Origin: Setoptus koraiensis
Lineage: Eukaryota; Animalia; Arthropoda
Reading direction: 5' to 3'
Length of the DNA: 64,000 bases
Assembly: GCA_048013815.1 (NCBI GenBank)
Contig: CM106585.1
Span: 11,842,001-11,906,000, forward strand
Positions 10,210-20,661 of this stretch are shown piece by piece. Position 1 is the stretch's first letter. Each line of letters starts with the position of its first letter. The notes beneath the pieces were generated by a model, which saw nothing but the letters and a program-made list of their open reading frames with translations, did no database searches and was not told the origin of the DNA. A program made the position numbers and the translations under genes.

Positions 10210-12288
10210 GTGAGTGCTCCACGCCAAATGGAAAAATGCCAATTGTCGCCACACAATAACCAGTGGCACCCGTGGCCGGGCCGGCCGCCATTGTGACAAG
10301 CCAATCAATTAGCCAGTGACAGTGCCAGTCAGTTTAAAATGGTGCCGACACGCGGCCCAATGAGAGCGGGCGCCGCCGTCGCCGGTAGCGCTATCATTGG
10401 CTACCTCGGTGCGGGTATCTCGGCGGGCGACGGCAGCACGCCCTCGGGCACGTGTCGAGCAAATAATGGGAGCCGGCGGAAAGCGGCGACCAATTGAATT
10501 TAACAGTCAGTTTAGTAACAAAAGAATCATGCGGCTCCAATTGGCTTATTTCGTCGATATTTCGAAAGTGTGTGTGCTCGATCAGACTGGCACACACACA
10601 CACAAAGGAATTCCCCAACGGGCGCCCCCCGATTTCGAAATAAACTCTCTGGAAGCGGGCGAGCCGAGCAGATGATTTTGGGGGCCGATGATGCAATAAT
10701 GAGATTGGATTGTGTGTGTGTGTGTGTGTGTGTGCCTGAAGTCTAACGGTTATGGCTCGTTCGATGGCTGGCAATTCAGTCGACGGGCCGCAAACTCGAA
10801 TTGCCAGCGACAGCAACAACGCGGAATGGGGCGCCCAGTTGGCGCTCGCAACAACCAAGACGCCGATCATCAGGCAGATCATGTGATTCAAGGTGAAAAT
10901 TGGATTAAATTGTAAAAAACGGCCCACAGTGGCGCCCCGAACGCAGCGGAAGCATCGCGTACGTGATGACGGCGCCGGTACATGTCTGCTAGTCGGGGGT
11001 AGCCAGTAGCTCAGTCGGCAGTCGGTTCAGGGAACCCTTGGAAAATTCTTTCAAATTAACGTTTCGATGGTTGCCGCTTGGAAAGTCGCCACTCGCCCTG
11101 CTGGCGGGGGTGCCGAGGAAGAGCGGCGACAGTTTGGCGAGTTTGCACGCGGGTTGACAGTGAGGCGAGCTCCCGAGTTGGCGCGGGCACATTGGGGGCG
11201 CCGCTGAGCGGGCCACTGCTCACGGCCGATGAAAACAATATCATCGGTGTACGAGTAGCGAGCCCCAGTAACGTGCCGCCTCGCCCCGTGCCGTGTGTAT
11301 ATAGACAACTGTAGCCAGCCATCTAATCAAATCTAGAGGCCGCCCGACGAGGCTGGCGCCCGAAAAAACCCGAGGCGCTGCCGAGGCCCGCAGTCGGTGC
11401 TGCCGAGGCCCGCTGTCGGCGCACAGTCTCACAGCGGCGACGGCACACACCGCCTGACATGCCAATTATGCAAACCTATATACAGTTATAACGGGCGCGC
11501 AGTCACTGGCCCCATTGTGAGGCCGGCGGCGTCACTGGCAAGCGAGTGGCAGGCGGAAGTTGGCCAAGATTTGCCGCCAGTGCCAACTCTTGCAAATTCT
11601 TGCCGATTCTCGCCAATTCTCGCCAATTCTCGGGGCACTGGCCCCAAATCTTGGCTGGCGCAACTGGACGCAACTGCAAACTGCGCTCAGAGAATTTTTA
11701 CGCGCCGAGCCGTCCACCAAACAGCGATTCGGCAAGCGAACAGCTGATTGTTGTTGCGAATGTTGGCCAACGGGCCGCCACGGGGTCTAATTGAGCTGCA
11801 CTGTTGCGTAACTGGCAAGGAGCGGCCAGGGCTTGTTTGCAGTGCGATATATTCACGTGACACAGCGGCGGCGGCGGCACGCATTACGCAATACCATGAG
11901 CGAGTCCGAGGCGCTGGTATCAGGCTGACATGATCGCAGACAGGCGCATGACATAACAGGGGCACAACAGCGCGAGCAGCGGGCCCAAAAAACTCTCAAA
12001 TGGCCCCACTGGCAGCCAAACTGGCGAGACAGCTCGAACGGCGGCCAATGGCGACATTCATTATTGTATTTCGGGGCCGGCTGGCAGCGACGTGATTGGC
12101 ATAATTTATCTCATCGTTGTCGTTGTCGCTGGCGACCCCCGTGCTCTCTATCGCGCGTGCATCGCTCGCACAGAGGCCGCTATAGGGGCGCCGCGGCTAC
12201 CTAGCCCATTTAATATCCTGCACTTGAGGCCGCTCTCGCCACTGGGCGCCGCGCCGGACGTTGGCTGTGGGCGTCGTCAAACTGGCTC

Positions 12289-12393
12289 CGGGCAGCGGCT
12301 GACGCACTGCGGGCACCGCCGGACTCACTGCGGGCAGCGGCGGACTCACTGCGGACAGCGGCGGACTCACTGCGGACAGCGGCGGACTGGCTG
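12289..12393. repeat. 21-bp minisatellite (CGGGCAGCGGCGGACTCACTG), 5 copies
   Basis: Units at 12289, 12310, 12331, 12352 and 12373, with no spacers. Confidence 0.9.
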
Positions 12394-14210
12394 CGGGCCG
12401 GCCTGCAGGGAGCAGAGTTCATATCTGTGGAGCGAAATGGTAGAAATAGATCAAAATCATTGTCAACAATCAGATAATTGTCTGGCTTTGTTTGTGCGCT
12501 CGACCAGCAGCCCGATCTCATCAATCTGATCATTGACCGGCGGTCAGTTGGCCGGTCGGCCGGCCGGCACAAGCGAGCTCAAGTGAGCCGGCAAGTGTGC
12601 GCCCCCTCGAAAGCAAATTTCCACTCTAATGAGCTGGACACAACAGCGGCCGATATTGTGTCCGGCGAGCAAACAACCGATACCGATGGTGATGCATCGC
12701 GATGACAGACGCGTGATTACGTAATCATCATCATCATGAGATAGTGAGTGACCACTGGCCGCTGCTTTATCTCTCGTGTCACCTCTTGGCGCGCCTCTTA
12801 TCTACTGGCAGCGAGTTTGTTTGTGCCATTTTGCCAGTTTGCAACTTTGTCACAAAGTCCGAACCCTCTGACAGTGTTCGCACTGTCCGAGTGGCCGCAC
12901 GAGCCTTATCGCGCAATCGTCCGGCCGCGGCCGCTGCCGCAGCGCCGGGGTACGTCAGCGGGGCACCTAAGCGAGGCACCTAAGCGGGGCACGCCTAACG
13001 CAAGTTGCGCAACGACCACTTGACGATGAATGATGACGCAACGAGCTGGCTGGCCGGCGGGCGGGCAAAAGTGAGTGTGCTGAGCGGGGGCCACTTAATT
13101 TTCGCCTCGCTATCTGGCTGTTGGTCGTTTATTTTCTCCAACGTTGACTCGCACAAACTGGGCAGATATTGCGCAATAGTGGCCAGTGGACAATAATAAT
13201 AATCATCATCATCAACAACAACAACAACAACAACAACGGCCAAAACGACAGCAGCGACAACAGTGACAACGGCGACACTGAGACAGGCGCAATGGTCAGC
13301 GATGTGATACTGACATTATGCGGGCCATTATGTGGAACGCACACGACAGTTACGTAAGTACGTGCCGCACTGCATGTGTCAGCTGTTCGGTGTTGTCGGC
13401 GCGGGTCGGCTGACTGCGCTGACCGGGCTGACCGGGCTGACCGGACCGGAGCGAACCGGATGAGCGAGCAGCATGAGCATCATTAGTTTCATTAGTGTGC
13501 GATACGTTTGTCGGTTTGTTTGTCGTCGTTGTCGGCCGCTTTGGGCGCGCGCCGTTGTTTCGGCGCTGGCCGGGCCGGGCCGGCCGTGTTTCGGCGCGCG
13601 ACATGACACCACTCTCTTTTTAGCAGCCACGGGAGCGGGTTGGCGGCCGCGAGCCAGCCCAAACAAGCTCGACAGTTTATAGGTCCGCTGCATTTATCCG
13701 CTCCGTCGTGGGCCCGCCATGACGCTGCTCGATGTTGATGGCTTGATTGATAATCATGGCTCGCACTCGATGGGGCCCGCTGTCGCTCGCTCACGGACAA
13801 GTCGGCATGTCAGCGCGAGCGCGATTGCTGCTCGCTGCTGGCCTCGCCATCCATGATTATCCATAGGGGCCGCCATTGGCGGCCATAAACAACTAACTGT
13901 CGCCGGCAGCGGCACTGGCGCCCGACCATAACTAATGACCATGACGAATTACGTAAGAGAGCCGCCATATATAAATAAATAGCCGGGCGAGCATTGTCAT
14001 TTGGGCTGGCGTTTTGTTGGCCGAGCGGCCAACAACAGCAAACAACAAACGACGTGACGACACGCGCGCACCGCTCGTCAACTGTTATCGAAATCTTAAC
14101 TCGCCGACCGGCCCAACGGCGGCCCGTGTCAATGGCCACTTCCTGTGGCCCGCTCGCGGGCGCCGGCGCTCATTTGGCGAGCTTCTCACTTTGTGACTGT
14201 GCGCCGGCCG

Positions 14211-14285
14211 CCGAACTTGAGCGGGCCGAACTCGAGCGGGCCGAACTTGAGCGGGCCACATTTGTGCGGGCCACATTTGCGCAGA
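14211..14285. repeat. 15-bp minisatellite with two subtypes (CCGAACTTGAGCGGG x3, then CCACATTTGTGCGGG x2)
   Basis: Units at 14211, 14226, 14241, 14256 and 14271. Confidence 0.85.
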
Positions 14286-15988
14286 CCGACCGGGCGAGAA
14301 ACCAGAGACCATCTCGGCAGCCCGGGCGGCATCTCGGGCGAGCGGGCAACCGGGCGAGCGGGTGTCTTGTGCGAGTGGGCGAGCGGGCGTCTCGCGCGAC
14401 CGGCGACCAGTTCCGGCTATTAATAGATACTAAATACCGTTATTGTTGGCGCGCGTATCATTATGCCCGCTGGCCCGCGCTTATCGTATATCGGCTGCCA
14501 TAATAATCGGGCCGCGATGCACGGGGTACGAGTGGCACGAAGCGGCGAGCGGGCGATTACGACGCCGCACGGGCAACAATTGCCGCTGCCCGCGATGATG
14601 ATGTCGAGTGGGCCAATTGAATCCGGGCGCCGTATGCATACGGCGCCCGCTTGGCCGCCAGCCGGGGCTTATATAACTGATATTATCTATGTGGCGCCCG
14701 TTATGTTTGCGCTATTATTGGGTAGGCGGTGTTTGTGCGCCCAGCGCAAGCCCGTGCGGCTCGTGTGATAACAATAACGTGCCTCCGTTGTTTGTATCGC
14801 CAACAACAATGGCCACAACAGCAGCGTCATAACAACAACAACAGCAACAACTGCGCGTTGCGCAACCATCAACTTTATCAACAACAGAAGCAGCAAACAA
14901 CACTATGCATAAACACTTAGACAAACGGAAGCTCCTATGTCACACACACACGCACAACTGAAACTGCTGGCTAAAGTATCACCAGCGCCGCCATATAGTC
15001 ACCACGTGCAAGTGATTGTGCCACGTGCCTGCGATTATTTCGCCTCTTCGCTTATTGCGTCAGCGCTCACTCACGGTTAGACAATGCTGCACAAAACACT
15101 CGTCGAGCGTTTTGCTCGCACCAACCAAATCGGCGCTGTTTGCCGAGCCGGCCAGCACTCAAATCGCAGCCGTCGAAGCCAGCCTCGCCGAGCCGTGATT
15201 TGGGCCCGCCAACAAGCCAGCTGCGCTGCTCTGCGCGGGCCCCACCGAGCCTCGTCAGAGCCAATCTCGGCGCGCCTCATTTCGCCATCCTCGCAGGCTC
15301 AAGCTGACGAAATTTCTTATCTCTCGCTCTCTCTCTCTCTCTCTCTTTCTCGTCCTCTCTTTGGCTGCTTGTCGCTGTTCTTACCTGACAAAAAAACAGG
15401 CCCCTCTACTGAGCCGGCTCCATATGCCCATGCGCTCATACATGCCTATAACCAATGATTGGGGCGCACATTTTTTGTGTCGAGACCACTTCCGTTTGAG
15501 CCGTAGGTATTACAACAGCAACCCTTCCATGCAGTTGGCGATCTACATGTAATGTTGGCCACCACTGGAGTCCCCTCAGTCAGCCACTGTGGCGCCATCT
15601 CTTGTTGCCTTGTGACTCGCCATCACGAATCGGCCACCAGACGGAGCCTCTGACTCTGCAAACATCATCGCGGCCCATTGTGAGGCCCCATCTCTCCATC
15701 AAGACGCCGACCGAGACAAACTGTTGTGTGAGTTGGGTGTTTTACTCTGCCCTATCCGGTGCTATTTGGACGAGGATCATCCGGATCATTTGCACAAAGT
15801 GGATCAATTTTAGCTGGCATTCAGCAAGTATTTATTGTTATAGAAATTATGCCACATTTTAAATAATAAATGACCACAATCACGCAGTGTCCACCCTCGG
15901 CGCTGACAATGTCCGAAACTATCGTTTGCACACATTTTCTCGTACGGATCCTCTGGACGGGGGATATGATTGCGCCGAATTTCGGAAA

Positions 15989-16461
15989 GTCGAAAAGTCG
16001 AAAAATAGAATCTCGAACACCAAAAGTCGAAATTAGAATGGGCGAATTTACACAATTTCAATGGTCTCATCGTAGAGAGAACTGCTGCTCTAGAGAAACC
16101 GAGAATACTTTTGAAGATTTAGTCTGTGATCTGCTGGCCAATGAATTCGTTCAATGGTTTCGGCGCAATTACATTGTTGGTGGTTCAACCTGTAAACCCG
16201 GTGACCGAAATTCGCACCAAAGTTTTGGTCTACAACAGAATGGGTTGACCTTGCTGGCCAAGGACCGAGTGTTGAGACCTCGCATCGACACAGGTTGGCG
16301 TGCCTCACATCATAGAAATGTTGCACAGATGGGGCCCGATGCGAATGCACCAAGTGGCGCAGTATGGCGTGTTTCATCAATTATTCACCACGGGACAAGT
16401 GACACAGAAGCCTGTGCACAGAAGCACCGATTTGGAAACATTTCGACCAACCAATTTCGAC
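15989..16461 (+). mobile_element. Probable degenerate Mutator-like (MULE) transposon relic carrying a C-terminal transposase fragment
   Basis: Collinear peptides across frameshifts and stops: TFEDLV...EFVQWFRRNYIVG / FAPKFWS / VYNRMG*PCWPRT...QVGVPHIIEML. These resemble the MULE motif series F..YF...YIG, FPP..WSVY.R....PRT(NN) and VG..HP.I. GTCGAAA x3 (15989, 15997, 16026) and inverted TTTCGAC x2 (16441, 16455) flank the region. Confidence 0.55.
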
Positions 16462-16809
16462 CAATTTTCCAAGTGTTGCTAAAGTTGCCAAGTTAATCGA
16501 GCAAAAATTGACACAAGAAGAATTGAAAGTAATGAAAATGTCGACTGGGCATAGTGCTAGGCGACAAACTCGCGTGTCCAGAGTTGATCATTAATTATTT
16601 AGAATTCTGGTTGTGAAAACCGGCTTAATAAATGATCCCACATGCACTGCGGACTGGTGAGTAATAGGAGAAAATGATCGCCAGTTACAGGTGAAGGCCA
16701 TTGCATATCGCATCATAATTAAAAATAACATTGCGCAACGAATTTTACAAAATGAAAGACAAAATGATACCGATAATCTAAAACGAACGGCCAATGTAGA
16801 TCAACGATC

Positions 16810-18841
16810 ATGACAGCCGAGTGTAGCAATATAACCAAGTTGAACTGTTTCCTCAGAGAACGTTACAAATGGCGTCTGAACCTGGAACAGAGTTCTGTGG
16901 TCAAATGGCATCACATTTCTTTGAAGACTCCACACGAGGATCTTGCAGAAAACTATAGCACGTGTGACTGTCTAATTAGCATAGCAGCCGAGACAAACAA
17001 CAAAAGAAAAGAAGTTGCCACAATAACAACAGATTCGCAACAAATAGATAGGATTGGCGAGGCGCAAAGTGATAAAAGCAAATGGGCTGAATATGTGTTA
17101 GTGTCTTTCTCGGTAGCTATGACAATGGCAATAGTGATGGCCTTCAAACAAGAATACATTGTTAATATCGCGCTGAGGCTGGTTGAATTGCTGACATTAG
17201 TGTCACGACCAACAAACAACAGCAACCGTAATGGCAGTTGCGAAAAATGGGCCTCGTTATTCCACGACAGTGATAAAAGAATTGCGCCTATTGACCTCAT
17301 AGATGTCTTGCTCCTAGAGACCCAATTTAGAAAGATGCTCTACAGCCTGGCAGCAGTGCTAAATATAGCGACATTTTTTACCCTGGTGGAGCAAACAGTT
17401 TTTTCGAAGAGACACTCGAAAACCTTCAGTGTTTATCTGAATGGACACCAATGTGGCTACGACAATCTAATTTGTGATTATTTCCAATTGTGTGCCGATA
17501 AAACACTCAAACTGGGTGCGAAATTTGGCACCATGATGAAATTGGCCCAATTGATGGTCGAACACAACGACACAAACCACCGTTGCCACAAGCACAGTCA
17601 CAGCAAATATAAACATATAGATATGCGAGTCTCGAAATGGTCTTGTCGAAATTCGTTGAATCACAGAAATACGCTAATTGAAGCAAGTCACTACGAGATG
17701 ATGGCTCGCAAGGTTCTCAGCTCCGAAAATGATACCATAATTGAGACTTTGCAATCTTACGATAAAAATTATTTGGAAAAATTGTTCGCGGATTGCGTCA
17801 AATTTGGTCTACCCCTGACTGTCGGTGCTTTATTGCTCTCTATATTCGGTTTCATCTATGGCAATGTGTGGAAAATTACTGCATACAAAAATCTATTAAG
17901 CGAGCTGTCCGAGCCTGAACACGATAACTGCTATGTGATCTACATATTTGTATTTACATTGATCAGTGTACTGTATTTTTGTTCACTGATGACACCGGTT
18001 TTTTGTGCTCTCATAGAGGCTCTATTTGTGACCACGAGATTTTATTGTATGCTCCGTGACATAAATCACGACCTTGATCTAATTATAAGCTCATTGAAGG
18101 CCGTAGGTAGCTGGCGCGATAAGTCGTCAGACTCTAGAGTAAAACAACACATTAATAGCTGTCTAGTGAGGCCACACAACCGGCAGCTTAATGGTGAGAC
18201 CGTTACATTGTATGACATAATAATCATTCATCACATGAGGATACAACATGGCACATTACGCAAAATTGCCCAGCTAAATTGTTTGCAAAATCTATCCAGT
18301 AGTATGGGCACGGGTATATCCATTGTCAATGGAATATTAACTGTGTACTATTTTGCCAATCATTTGGGCCAAGAGCCGAGCATTGGTGTCAAGTTATTCT
18401 GTTCATCGATTATCTCATTTTACTTTTTCATTATGGGCGGCCTTATGTGCGCCAGTCTCACAAACAACAAAATGTCCAGATTGGCCTTCGTTTGGTACTC
18501 AACAACTGCTCGTATATCGACAAAACTCTCCTTGGAAACCAGGTTAAAGTTATGCACTTTCATGTCCGGTTGGTGTGCCAGGGATGGAGTGGTCAAGAGC
18601 GCTAGCATACAAGCGGCCAACATCCAGCTCCAAATAAAGACACTCCTGCTTGTGAGTAGCTCAACTCTTTCAATTTTTGTTTCTGATGTTATCGCTCTGA
18701 CGATAACTAATAACTCTCATAATAATCAGTGACGATAAATCTGACAATCAAAAATTACACCATTATCCAACCCACCAACAGTTTACGATTTGGATTATAT
18801 CTGGCGCAACACTGCTGATGTCGTTCACGCAAAGAAAATAA
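16810..18841 (+). CDS. Divergent gustatory-receptor-like 7TM membrane protein, copy 1 (633 aa; exons 16810-18651, 18782-18841)
   Basis: Phase-0 intron 18652-18781 (GTGAGT...CCAACAG, 130 nt). The last exon FTIWIISGATLLMSFTQRK* aligns with the last exons of copies 2-4. About seven hydrophobic segments, with H..I....LN before TM5. This is the most divergent paralog. The gene model is well supported; the family call is inference. Confidence 0.75.
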
Positions 18842-19822
18842 TCTCTATTGGCCCCATCAATCACTCCGACAACAATTGTGTTTTTTACTAGATCGCCCCC
18901 AATCGCCCTGCTTAATAGATAATAAAACACAACCATTAGTTGCGCAATAAAAATAAGGAATCTAGAGATGAGATGAGATCTATCCTGGATCTGGATGAAT
19001 ATGATGTCATCAGTGCGGAGTGTGGATAACCATGAATATCCAGTTAGTAAACGAAACTAACTAATGCTCAATTAGAAGATAGCTTTCCGATGGAAGCTTA
19101 GAATTTCGTACTTGTGGGTTGATTATCTGCTCTTCTAATGTTACCCTCGCATTTTTTTTTTTTGAAAAACTGATCAAAAAAATGCACAACCTTATCGTCA
19201 TTGTGTTTTCGCTTTGCGTCGTTTCCATGCGCCAAACAATCGACCGAGACCCTGTTTGAGCGTTGCCCATCGAGATCTCAACAGTGTGAATTCCCCAGAA
19301 AAATTCAATATCAAGATGATGAATTCGTTCACTAGCATTGCGTTTGTCACGATTCTCTCGTGCATGCATAGAATCCTTGAATTGCCATCAAAAGTTTAAT
19401 TTTTCTTGGGACGTTTCTCCCTTATGCACCACAAACTCGATAAATAAAACCCACGAATATCGTCCAGCCACCGCAATTGACTCACACGATGGACTCCAAC
19501 TCAGATCTTGCACTGATGAAACACTAGATGCTGGCAACGAAATGTAACTTGTCTCATCAATTATTCACCGTAGAACAACTGTCGAAGCTGGCTGCACTGG
19601 CTGCAGCCAATGATCAATTTGGGAACACTTCGAACTTCGTAGAGTGGTCTTGTCCACAGTTCGGATTGACAATGTTGCAAAAAAAAACTGAGTTGACCGC
19701 CTGAAAACTTGCGAAAACTTTCGAATGAATTTCTAGAACCCGCTAAAACAATAATAATCACAGCTGGGAAAAATCATTGAACATGAATATGATGAACGGA
19801 CTAAATTGGGCAAATTCAAACT

Positions 19823-20141
19823 AAATTCCTCGAGTAACGCTACTGATGGCGATTCAATCTGCAAGAGAGTTCCCCAATCGAATTCCACAACATTGCAATG
19901 AACAATGCCATAGAAGGTCCTATCGATCATTCTGCCAGTGGCCGTAAAATAAAAAAATCGGTGGTGGCGTTTTATTTGAGAGTAGACTGTGCAAACGATA
20001 TTCACTGAATTCTCTCGTAACCCCAGCTGCTCAATGATTGTGCGATCAATTCGGTCAAATATTCGTCTATTCCAACAGATCTCATCAGGCGTGACACTTC
20101 TGATATCGTTCACGCAAAAAAAAAGACATTTTCTCAGCTGA
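19823..20141 (+). pseudogene. Internally deleted pseudogene of the GR-like family
   Basis: 19823 onward reads KFLE*RY*WRFNLQESSPIEFHNIAMNNAIEGPIDH, versus KFLEERYRWRLNLQESLPVKMHDVFMNTATE in copy 3; stops are TAA 19835 and TGA 19844. About 200 nt later come an acceptor (ttccaacag, ending 20078) and a last-exon homolog ISSGVTLLISFTQKKRHFLS*. Confidence 0.85.
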
Positions 20142-20661
20142 GAGCAACACAAAATTTTATCGGAAATGTATCAGGCATGCCTTGCACATCCGCTGAAAAA
20201 GTGAAAAACTGGGTGCATTACAGCAATAGCCGGGTCGGAAATGGCCCCAATACAGTTACTCAAGTTGAGGATCCACAATTCTCGTATATTCATTTACACA
20301 AAATCAGCCAAGCTTGTTATTAGATATTCACTCGTTATTAGATATTTTTGAAGCCCGCAGTGCTCACTAAATCGCAAGCACATATTCCTTTATCAATATT
20401 TGTGCCGAACGAGAGAAACGTCGCCATGGATAATAAATGATCGGATGTTTTGAAGCGTCAAAACGTTCGTGACAATGATTTAGTAATATTAAATTTATTG
20501 TTATCTGTTTCCAGATAGTGGCCATGCACGCAATCAATCGAAACAGAAAATTGTTTCAGGTGCGTCCCGTGCGACTTTGGCCATCTAATCGACAGGTGAA
20601 ACTCGATCTTGGCAGCCGTGCGGTTTCATTTCCGTAATTGTTGAGATTGTTTTTTACAATC

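Noticed and set aside
12289-12393. 21-bp and other direct repeats as a CRISPR array
   Set aside because: The units are contiguous with no unique spacers, no cas genes are present, and the DNA is eukaryotic.
12407-12830. DNCLAL and SEFVC peptides as the final C-type lectin exons
   Set aside because: The only phase-compatible acceptor gives a peptide lacking the W-x-D-x-x-C motif and ending in a stop. Insufficient support.
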